Source of the DNA: Octopus vulgaris
Taxonomy: Eukaryota
Length of the DNA: 64,000 bases
NCBI GenBank assembly: GCA_951406725.2
Contig: OX597824.1
Coordinates: forward strand, 65,100,001 to 65,164,000
Direction of reading: 5' to 3'
Part shown: positions 26,201 to 35,200 of the stretch, piece after piece
Layout of the letters: each line of letters starts with the position of its first letter
Position numbering within the stretch: position 1 is the first letter of the stretch
Notes under the pieces: generated by a model
The model's input: only the letters and a program-made list of their open reading frames with translations
The model's database searches: none
What the model was told of the DNA's origin: nothing
Position numbers and translations under genes: made by a program

Positions 26201-26956
26201 ACAACGTAAAGAGTACTAAGTGCTACATGTTGTTCAGTAAAGGGAGCAAGTAAGTGCTAAGAGTACTCAATTACCTAAGGCTTGTATGTTTGCTTAAGCG
26301 ATTAAAGAGAGGATTATAAAAGAGAGCAAAAACATCAGCTGAACGAGAGATTAGTTAAAAGATATATATAATATATATATATTTAATATGTAAATATAAT
26401 ATTGTATCATTAAAAGAACGGTTTACATTTTTATTTTTTTATTTATAAAATTTTCCATAGGCTTAATTTGATGCAGCCTTCAGATATAAAAAAAACCATC
26501 CCTGTATCTGGTTTAGTTTCTTATATAAAAGAATCTATATTTGTCTTTTTTTTTTTTTTCTTACCAGAAGTATTAACTGAAAACAGTCTGACACATGTTC
26601 CACTGTCTCCTTCATCTAATGATGCCAGTGTGATGGTAGTATCACAGCCACAGGAGATAGTCTCTCTTGGAAGTGGTTTCCATAATTCTCACAGCAGTAG
26701 TCAAGTGACAGACGATATGGTTTACAATAATGAACTTCTTCAGAGTGATCTTGATCAGAAAGATCTATCTGAAACTATCAACCAACAAGTGATTAACATG
26801 TCACCTCAGCAACAGCAACTCCATAGTCAAACAGCTACTAGTGTCTTACATTCAGAAAGTCCACAGTCCCATAAATCCACAGTGCTTGATCCAATGTTAG
26901 CTTCCAATGATGATGAAGAAGACTGTACATCAACAGAAATTGAAAATCATTCATAA
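4202..26956 (+). CDS. ZNF410: ZNF410-like C2H2 zinc-finger transcription factor, spliced gene (8 coding exons, about 589 aa)
   Basis: Exons 4202-4444, 5793-6123, 10204-10381, 11767-11948, 12169-12258, 18976-19197, 23460-23594 and 26568-26956 join in frame over GT-AG introns (1770 nt). Finger helices [31 protein letters not shown] and QSGSRTVH match vertebrate ZNF410 as recalled. Confidence 0.88.
5793..6123 (+). CDS. ZNF410: ZNF410-like coding exon 2 (VWNDIGTPF...TEDD), Ser/Thr-rich
   Basis: Acceptor aacag|, donor C|gtaagt, open frame inside ORF 5778..6224, phases 0/1 fit the neighbours. Confidence 0.75.
6388..6607. mobile_element. piggyBac-type MITE (second family)
   Basis: TTAA|CCCTTTTGTTAC ... 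GTAACAAAAGGG|TTAA; related copies at about 3352-3581 and 36956-37184 (opposite orientation). Confidence 0.75.
7140..7605 (-). mobile_element. R4/Dong-like non-LTR retrotransposon C-terminal (restriction-like endonuclease) remnant
   Basis: [11 protein letters not shown]...[22 protein letters not shown] followed by degenerate DIVV and KEKEKL motifs. Confidence 0.6.
8480..8845 (-). mobile_element. R4/Dong-like element 3' end remnant
   Basis: Minus strand reads [12 protein letters not shown]...[19 protein letters not shown]...LQKTALLG, with stops. Confidence 0.65.
9540..10060 (+). mobile_element. RTE (BovB-like) LINE C-terminal remnant
   Basis: [11 protein letters not shown]...[12 protein letters not shown]...[11 protein letters not shown] motifs. 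Confidence 0.65.
10204..10381 (+). CDS. ZNF410: ZNF410-like exon 3, zinc fingers 1-2
   Basis: tttcag| acceptor, AC|gtatgt donor; encodes CDSQDC-x12-HPATH and [23 protein letters not shown]. Confidence 0.92.
11767..11948 (+). CDS. ZNF410: ZNF410-like exon 4, zinc fingers 3-4
   Basis: caacag| acceptor, G|gtacaa donor; [60 protein letters not shown]. Confidence 0.93.
12169..12258 (+). CDS. ZNF410: ZNF410-like exon 5, zinc finger 5
   Basis: atttag| acceptor, G|gtaagt donor; [30 protein letters not shown]. Confidence 0.93.
13701..15640 (+). mobile_element. 5'-truncated RTE LINE with expanded 3' UTR minisatellite and (ATG)n tail
   Basis: [51 protein letters not shown]-terminus; 3' end caacccatgctagcatggaaagcggacgttaa(atg)n; the same family lies reversed at 52728-53655. 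Confidence 0.85.
14161..15470 (+). repeat. GC-rich minisatellite, 21 units of about 62 bp, two alternating variants (about 124-bp higher-order unit)
   Basis: Unit cacataaaaacaccatccgagcgtgg[ccgttcgccagcctc|tcgtctgcYagcctt]gtctggcacctgtgtcggtgg; no unique spacers. Confidence 0.97.
16741..17049 (-). mobile_element. Short non-autonomous Helitron fragment
   Basis: acagacagac...gttttataga|t 5' terminus and internal similarity to 55900-56121. Confidence 0.5.
18976..19197 (+). CDS. ZNF410: ZNF410-like exon 6, zinc finger 6 and linker
   Basis: ttctag| acceptor, G|gtaact donor; [28 protein letters not shown]...LLQYQ. Confidence 0.9.
20022..21325 (+). mobile_element. Near full-length, inactivated maT (DD37D) Tc1/mariner transposon
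   Basis: About 26-bp imperfect TIRs (cagggtgcaatgggtaaattgtcgcc / ggcgacactttattcaccgcacactg), 3' TA; [15 protein letters not shown] and SPDCNPLD with 37 residues between the second and third D; several stops. Confidence 0.9.
22084..22359. mobile_element. MITE with about 75-bp terminal inverted repeats
   Basis: ctgttgtgtcaggggagaatcattttctttttgtgccttataatt... is mirrored at 22285-22359; a half copy lies at 1867-1995. Confidence 0.8.
23460..23594 (+). CDS. ZNF410: ZNF410-like exon 7 (DFQGSESVV...DILST)
   Basis: Long T tract and aag| acceptor, CAG|gtaagt donor, 135 nt, phases 1/1. Confidence 0.78.
23690..24105 (+). mobile_element. tRNA-head SINE with internal (TG)n and RTE-derived 3' tail
   Basis: Head like 28270; tail acccatacaaaaatggaaaagcagacgttacatgatgat resembles the RTE end at 15590-15640; relatives at 38250-38575 and 52380-53730. 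Confidence 0.7.
26568..26956 (+). CDS. ZNF410: ZNF410-like last coding exon (EVLTENS...EIENHS*)
   Basis: Poly-T tract and ccag| acceptor; open S/Q/D-rich frame to TAA at 26956. Confidence 0.8.
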
Positions 26957-26969
26957 CCTTTATAAAGTT

Positions 26970-27007
<38 letters not shown>

Positions 27008-27019
27008 TACATATTATTT

Positions 27020-27252
27020 ATGTGCCCCTTTCAAGCCTAGCCAGGCTCATGGGCCCAGTTTCCCAGTTTCTATGCCGTATGTGTTCCACCCAGCTGGACG
27101 GGATGCCAGTCCATCGCAGCGTTAATCAAGAAACTGGAAGAAAGAGTAAGAGAAAGTTGGGGCAAAAGAGTACAACAGGGGTTGCCACCCGCCCGGTCTG
27201 GGAATCGAAACCGTGAGTCTGCTGCTCTAACCACTGGGCCATTGTGCCTCCA
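27020..27252 (-). mobile_element. tRNA-derived SINE with V-domain-like core, in the ZNF410 3' UTR
   Basis: Minus-strand head ggaggcacaatggcccagtggttagagca...ggtttcgattccc (A and B boxes); core ctgcgatggactggcatcccgtccag. Confidence 0.6.
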
Positions 27253-27293
<41 letters not shown>

Positions 27294-27333
27294 TACAGTA
27301 ATATCAGCACCAAGCAGTGTTTAGGCATAAGCA

Positions 27334-27611
27334 AACTTTAGATTAATTAAAATATGTTTGTGACTATATTTCAACTTCTAAAGGCAAATTGACTGCAGTT
27401 ACTGTGGAGAAAAAAATCTCTCTTATGGTAAACAGGTGTAAAAACACCATATCTGTCTAGTGCTACCACCTAATCCGTCAGGTGACAGCACTGGACAGAT
27501 ATGTTTTTACACCTGTTTATCATAAGAGAGAATTTTTTTTCCACAGTAACTGCAGTAAATTTGCCTTTAGCACTTGAAATATGTCAAACTTATTTTAACT
27601 AACCTAAAGTT
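27334..27611. repeat. Long palindrome (arms about 135 bp, loop of a few nt), MITE- or foldback-like
   Basis: ctaaaggcaaattgactgcagttactgtgga...tctctcttatggtaaacaggtgtaaaaac pairs with gtttttacacctgtttatcataagagaga...tccacagtaactgcagtaaatttgcctttag. Confidence 0.9.
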
Positions 27612-28269
27612 CATACACACATATATACTTATATGAAACCAGTGCAGTCATGTGTGGTTTCTTTTAATGTGATGAGAAAAAAAGGTAACAAAATGGTAGG
27701 ATAACAATGTAATAATATAACAGACAATTGATGGTTTAGATTTTAAGGCTATTTCTTTGTTCTATTACATTATTATATCATTGCTCTAAACCATATATAA
27801 CTGCACTGTGTAAACATTGCTTGATACATTATGTATATAATGAGTGTGAGTTTATGTATGTATAAAGAATTAAAGATTAACAAATAGATTCTGTGAATAT
27901 ATGAAAATATGTAAAAAAAAATAAATAAATATTTCTTGAAGTAAATTATTTTTTTCTGTCTGTATTTATCATATATATGAATGTGTATATACTCGTTCTG
28001 ACTTTCTATCTTTCCTTCTCTTGTCTCCAGTCTAACAGGACATTTTCATTTTCCTTTCTGTTACCCCATATGTCTGTCTTGCAGCTGCACGCTTTTTTTT
28101 TGTTGTGTTTGTTTTCATCATTGTCCTGTATGTTTGTTAACAAGTGAACAATATCAACATAAAAGGTACAAAATTGTAATGATCTTTTGAACGTTGACTG
28201 ATGTACTAATTTTCTGTTTGTTGTATTTTTGTTAAATTTTTGAAATATATATATATATATATATATATA

Positions 28270-28665
28270 GGCGCGGGAGTGGCTGTGTGGTAAGTAGCTT
28301 GCTAACCAACCACATGGTTCCGGGTTCAGTCCCACTGCGTGGCATCTTGGGCAAGTGTCTTCTACTATAGCCCCGGGCCGACCAATGCCATGTGAGTGGA
28401 TTTGGTAGACGGAAACTGAAAGAAGCCTGTCGTATATATGTATATATATATATGTGTGTGTGTATGTGTTTGTCCTCCTAACATTGTTTGACAACCAATG
28501 CTGGTGTGTTTACATCCCCGTCATTTAGCGGTTCGGCAAAAAGAGACCAATAGAATAAGTACTGGGCTTACAAAGAATAAGTCCCGGGGTCGATTTGCTC
28601 AACTAAAGGCGGTGCTCCAGCATGGCTGCAGTCAAATGACTGAAACAAATAAGAAAAAAAAAAAA
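28270..28665 (+). mobile_element. Well-preserved tRNA-derived SINE with central TA/TG microsatellite and A tail
   Basis: A box tggctgtgtgg, B box ggttcagtccc, CpGs retained; reverse copies at about 5205-5450, 16140-16480, 17320-17470 and 41020-41215. Confidence 0.85.
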
Positions 28666-29212
28666 TATATATATATATATATGTATGTATATTTACACAT
28701 GGTACCTTTGTTTTTGCTTAAACAATGTCATGTGAAGATACTGAATATAAACATTCAAACATACACACACACACATATAACAGGCTTCTGCACAGTTACT
28801 ATCAACCAACTTCATTCACAAGGTATTGGTCAACCTATGGCTAAAATAGAAGCCACACTTGTCTAAGGTGCCAAGCAGTGGGTTGTAACTTGAAACCAAA
28901 CTCAATATCCACATAACTATACTTCCTCCTGAGTGTTCAGTAAAATGAAAGAATATGAATATATATTTAAAACCTAAATGACAACTGTACAGTAAACAAA
29001 ACAAGAAAATTATGAGGATCTTCGTTTACTAAAAACAGTTGAAAAATTCATAAAATAAGTTGATGTATCTGAGATATCAGAACCACCTCATCTCATGGAA
29101 CATAGATTTATTTTAAGAATTAACCTTAATTTTAAGTAGTATATTTTTTTCAGATTAATTAAACATATCTTACCTGCACTTGAACAAAATATCTGATCTA
29201 ATCCAGATTATT

Positions 29213-29297
29213 TTAAACCAGATTATCTGAATCATATTTCATCATGAATTCAAAGTCTTTGAAACTAACTCTTCCATCTCCATCCTGGTCCACTTCC
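29213..29297 (-). CDS. EFCAB11: EFCAB11 last coding exon (canonical EF-hand loop [12 protein letters not shown])
   Basis: tgtcag| acceptor; [28 protein letters not shown]; AATAAA on the minus strand at 29107-29112. Confidence 0.92.
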
Positions 29298-32200
29298 CTG
29301 ACATTTAAACCAATAAAAACAAATGACTAATGAAAATCAAAATATTATCTATAGAAAATATAATTTGATGTTTTGGGGGTCAGTACCAGTCATGTACTAG
29401 GGTTAATGTAATGAAATAAAACCCCTCTCCTAAAAAATTTGTAACCATTATAATACTAATATTAATAATAAGGCGACCTGGCAGAATTGTTAGCACACTG
29501 GGTGAAATGCTTAACAGTATTTCTTCTGCTGCTATGTTCTGAGTTCAAATTCCACCAAGGTCAACTTTGCCTTTCATCCTTTTGGGATCAATAAATTAAG
29601 TACTAGTTGAACACAGAGGTCAATGTAATCAACACATCCCCTTCCTCAAAATGGCTGCCCTTGAGGCAAAATTTGAAACCATTAAAATTATTATAATTTT
29701 TGTTGTTGTTACCTCCACCTTAGCGAGGGTGAAGGTATTGTTTTCAGTCATGTTTGTTTGTCCATGGACAAGATATCTCAACAATGGCTGGATGGATTCA
29801 GATGAAACTCTCAGGGATGTTTGACCTTGTGACTAGCATGAACTGATTAGATTTTGGGATCAATCTAACACCAGACAAGGATTCTGGATTATTTGTTATA
29901 TTTACTTTACATGAAGTATTACGACCTTAGGTTCACTTTCAAGTCATTCTCTGATTATCTCCCTTGAAACCACACTCGTGGTTTCCCTGTAATCTATGGT
30001 GGTGTTGCTGTTTCCAAAGTTTTGTTTTCATTTCTCTATTATAATTTTACTCACGTCTCTATCTTAGTGGAAACTGATGGATTAAGAAATCAAACTACAT
30101 AAACAAAAGGTAGCAAAACCATTCAGAAATTAAATAACACTAACATATTCAGTAACAATAATAAATTTAATTTATCCTCGGCAATTTTTAGTTTTACCAA
30201 TTTTGAATATATCACTCCTGTTTAAAACTTGTTACCTACTTGACATTTCTAGTTCTGCCTTGAAAGAAGCTTTACTTCTTGGGCTCACATTACTGTGCGC
30301 AACGATGTTGTTAAACCTCCGTTAACAGCACCTTATGCAAGTCCTTTCCATTTTCTTTCACGCACTGATAAATTTTTCACTATAGACCTTAATGGTTGTA
30401 AAGACACTATATCACTGGATAGACTAAAATAGGCCTTCATAAAGATGGCTGTACCTGTTCCCACTACAGACAACACATACACAGCATTACAAACATGGCC
30501 CGCACACCCACCTTCACATTCCATGACTACCATTGGGATTGATCAGGTACTGGACAAGGAATCTGGATTATTTTTCCGGTTTTTTTTTTTACTTAATTTT
30601 TGAGAGCAGTTGGATTCATTTTTAGTATTTTCATTTGTGAGAAGTCGAGTTTATTTCAGATATTCTCATTTTAAAAATCATCTCTGACTAATCGTTGAAT
30701 GGACGTTGGTGATGCCTTAGTGGAGGTTTGCGCTCTCTGAATGTTCTTGTTGTTATTATTATTATTAAGATGCTAGCAAGCTGGCAGGATTGTCAGCACT
30801 CAGGACAAAATGCTTCACAGCATTTCTTTCAGCTTTACATTCTGAGTTCAAATTCTGCCAAGGTTGACTTCGCCTTTCATTGGCAATCCTCCTCTCCAAA
30901 AAGTTTAGGCCTTATGCCAACATTAGAAAGAATTATTACTGAGGCAGCTAGTGGGCAGAATCATTAGTGCAATGGACAAAATGTTTTGCAGCATTTCTTC
31001 CAACGCTTTACATTCTGAGTTCAAATTCTGCTGTGGTCAACTTTGTCTTTCATCTTTTCAGGGTCAATAAAATAAAGTAGCAGTTGTTTTAATCAACTAA
31101 ACCCCTTACCCTAAAATAGCTGGTCTTTCACCCAAATTTAAAACAATTATTATTATTATTATTGAGGGCTGTGAATTTGCAGTCATTAAACCTTCAGAAA
31201 AAATGTCACATGGCATTTGTCATTTACATTATGAGTTCAAATTCCACCAAAGTAGCTTTATCTTTTCAGCCTAATACTGAGGATCAATGATATCAACTAA
31301 TCTCACCCTGCCAAAAGTGCTGGCCTTGTGCCTAAATCAGAAATGATTATTAAGGACTGTGAACTGGTAGAATCTTCAGAGCATTAGAAGAAATGTTTTG
31401 TGGCGCTTGTTTTGGCTCTTTATAACTAGCCCTCCTCTCCTCAGAACTGTTAACCTTATGCCTAAATCAGAAACAATCATTCTTATTAAGGTGGTGAGCC
31501 GACAGAATCATTAGCACACTGGACAAAATGCTTAGTGGCATTTCATCAGTCTTTTATGTTCTGAGTTAAAATTCTGCCGAGGTCAGTTTTACCTCTCATC
31601 CTTTCAGGGTTGATATAGTATCAGATGTAGACTTACCCCATCCTCTGAAATTGCTGGCCTTGTGCCACAATTTGAAACCATTATTATTATTAAGATGGCA
31701 AGCTGGGTGAAATGCTTAGTGGTATTTCATCCGTCTTTACATTCTGAGTTCAAATTCCGCTGAGGTCAACTTTGCCTTTAAATCCTTTCAGGGTTGATAA
31801 ATTAAGCACCAGAATAACACTGGGGTTGATGTAATCAACTCATCCTCTCTCCTAAAATGACTGTCCTTGTGGCAAAATTTGAAACTATTATTATTAAGAT
31901 GGCAAGCTGGCAGAATTGTTTGCATGCTAGGCAAAATACTTAGCAGTATTTCATCCATCTTTACATTCTGAGTTCAAATTCCACCAAGGTGAACTTTGCC
32001 TTTCATCCTTTCGGGGTCAATAAATTAAGTACCAGTAAAACACTGAGGTCAATGAATTCAACAAGACCCTCCCCACAAATTTCAGGCCTTGTGCCTTTAC
32101 CAGAAAGGATTATTATTATTATTATTACTATTATTATTATGGACAAGACTGAAATTCAAAAAAACAGACACTTTTCGGTCAAACCCTCATTGAGTCTTTC

Positions 32201-35200
32201 AAGTTCCATTTGGAAAAGCAGATAAGAGTGGAGAGGAAAGTGCAGCTCTCCTCCGGTAAATTTATTACAAGGTGGATGACAGTTACAAAAATGACAAGAG
32301 CAGATGGATCTACTCTAAGCATTCATCTGTAGATCAGAGAATGACAGCACTTGCTTTTGATGGTCAGAATGATCCTGAATCTGGGCTTCCTTGACTGGTC
32401 TTTGTTAGAGATTCTCCTGTATCAAGAGGACATTTTATTTCATCACTTATTTGTATGCTATGTATATTTTTAACATCATTCAGTCTTTTTATCATTCAAT
32501 TATTGTATAAACCCAGTGACACCACCACTGACACAACACACACTTTAGGTAACCCATTTTAGTAACAAAAACTCTGTGGCAAATAAGATATCATCATCAT
32601 CATCACCACCATCACCACAATCATCACCACTACCATCATCTTTTCTCTTGACAGAATTATAGATGTCATTTCGTTCTCAAGTTTTAAGTCATTTATAAAC
32701 TGCCAGAATCTATCAGGTCAATATTTACATTTATTTTCCATGCTTTTGATGGTCAGAATGATCCTGAATCTGGGCTTCCTTGACTGGTCTTTGTTAGAGA
32801 TTCTCCTGTATCAAGAGGACATTTTATTTCATCACTTATTTGTATGCTATGCAATTAACTCCAATATTGCACTACATCTATCACTTCTAGCTGTAAATAG
32901 AAATAAACAATCTAAAAGACAAGAGTAGCTTGCCTGAAAGTTGAAAATATTCATTCACCTAAAAATAACTTCAATATTTTCTTCAGGAAATTTTGGAGCC
33001 ACTTCCTTGAAAGCTTTCTTTAAATCAGCAATAGTGAGGAAACCATGGCCTAAAAAGAAAGAAAACACGTTAAATTGGAAATTTTGAAAAAAAATCTCCA
33101 AAGATAATTGCCGAGGAAAGTGATACAGAATAGGAGATAATCTCATGGTAAACTAGCCCATGAATGGTTTCTATTCCAAGATATAGCAACCTCACTCTGC
33201 TTATCCTCCTGGGGTCTTTGAAGAAGACACAATCGTAACAATCCAAACTGCCTTTGGTCTTAAATCAACAGGGCTTCATCATCCATTGGTGAATATCAAT
33301 GGTCTCTAAATGTTAAGCAATTTGCTCTTTATGCTAGTTTTGTTTTATTTAAGCTACTATAGGTTACACAGTAATTTCATGAAGTGGGGTTTTATGACCA
33401 GATTGCTTTTCCTGTTTGTCAAGTAAGCGCAGAGGAACTGATCATAATGCCAACAAGAAATACAAACATTAATTCACTAACTTGCTCAAGCCAAGCAGTG
33501 AAATATCTACATTCACTCACACACACATACGTACATATATACATACAGTTTGCAAATTCATCAAATTCACTCACAAAGCATTGGTGTGAGTCTGGGACTA
33601 TAGTAGAAGGCATTCTTCCAAAGTGCTACACAATGGAACTAAACCTGAAACCATGTGATTGCAAAGCTGTCTTCTTAACCATACAGCCATACCTCTGCCT
33701 TTGTAGATGAATAAATATGGAGTAATATAATATAGATGTTCATGGTTTCTGCTTACAGTTGAGTAATTGGTGAGCAGAAGATACCTAGCCATTAAACAAA
33801 CCATCCTGTATGTTCCTGTTAATTTTGAAAATAATAAAGAAATTTGTGTAAAATAACTTGTAATTATTAAGCTGGTATTTGGAACATAAATTAACACAAA
33901 ATTTTAATGTAGGGTATTGTTTTAGATCACTTTAAAATAGGAAGTTTATATTATAGAACTAGAGGCAGTCTCAAGTAGTTTCATATAAAAATGGTTTTTA
34001 AAAAGTGATATAAAACAATAAAAAGAAAGAAAAATTGCTAAATGGTTAGCTCAAAAGTAGATTTATGTGACCTAAAGCAGTATCTACTGTTCTACTTATG
34101 AATTATCTTTGCAAGTAGAGCAAGTTTGGCAGTGTGGTTAAATGTGTTTCATAACTATATAAATTTAGGTTCAATCCCACTGCATGGCACATTCATCGTC
34201 TCCTATCGTGGCATCAGCTCAAGCAAAGTCATGTGACTGAAATTTAGTGACTGGAAACTTTGAGGAAGTTTGTATGTAAGACAGTTCCTCTGTGTGATGG
34301 TAGGATTAATCTGTTACTTGGCCCTTGGAAGGTTACCCTTTTGGAGAGTCTACTCTGTTGCAAGCATTTGAATCAGGATAAAGACTTCATCTCACTTCCT
34401 CCAGTCTTGAAGGCCTTAGAAAAGGTAAGATGCATTTTCTTTCCTCTTCTGATTAAATAACATAAAAAGAGCAAAAGAAAGTGATAAGCTCTTGGTGACG
34501 AATGTCGAACAATGTAACATAATTGGTAACAACAGCCACCACCACCATCATCATCATCATCATTTCATGTCCACTTTCTAAGCTGGCATAGGTTGGAAGG
34601 TTCAGTAGGGTCCAATGAGTCAGAGGACCACGTCTTGCTTTATTGTCTCAGTTTCAACATAGTTTCTATGGCTGAATACCTTTCCCAATGCTAACCACTT
34701 GACAAAGTGTACTGGGTGCTTTTTCAAGCCATCAGCACTAATGAGGTCTCCATACAACTTACAAGACTAAAGAACCCCTTCAATTGAGTAACATTTTTAA
34801 GTGAAATATTAAAATAATAGATGAGATCAGATTATGGGCGGGAGGAGAGAACATTAGTAGTAATGAAGGGCTCTAGACAACAGAATATCTATTTCTTTAC
34901 TACCCACAAGGAGCTAAACACAGAGGATTAACAAGGACAGAAAAACGGATTAAGTCGATTATATCGACCCCAGTGCGTAACTGGTACTTAATTTATCGAC
35001 CCCGAAAGGATGAAAGGCAAAGTCAACCTCAGCAGAATTTGAACTCAGAACGTAGCGGCAGACGAAATACGGCTACGCATTTCGCCAGGCGTGCTAACGT
35101 TTCTGCCAGCTGGCGACCTTAGACAACAGAATATCATAGCAGTGGGGATATCAAAGTAGGGAAAAAATTTTAAAGTTTGTATGAACCAGCCAAATTTTAG

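Noticed and set aside
29168-29180. Strong donor CAG|gtaaga about 40 nt after the EFCAB11 stop (possible 3' UTR intron)
   Set aside because: No partner exon is identifiable and a poly(A) signal lies just downstream at 29107-29112.
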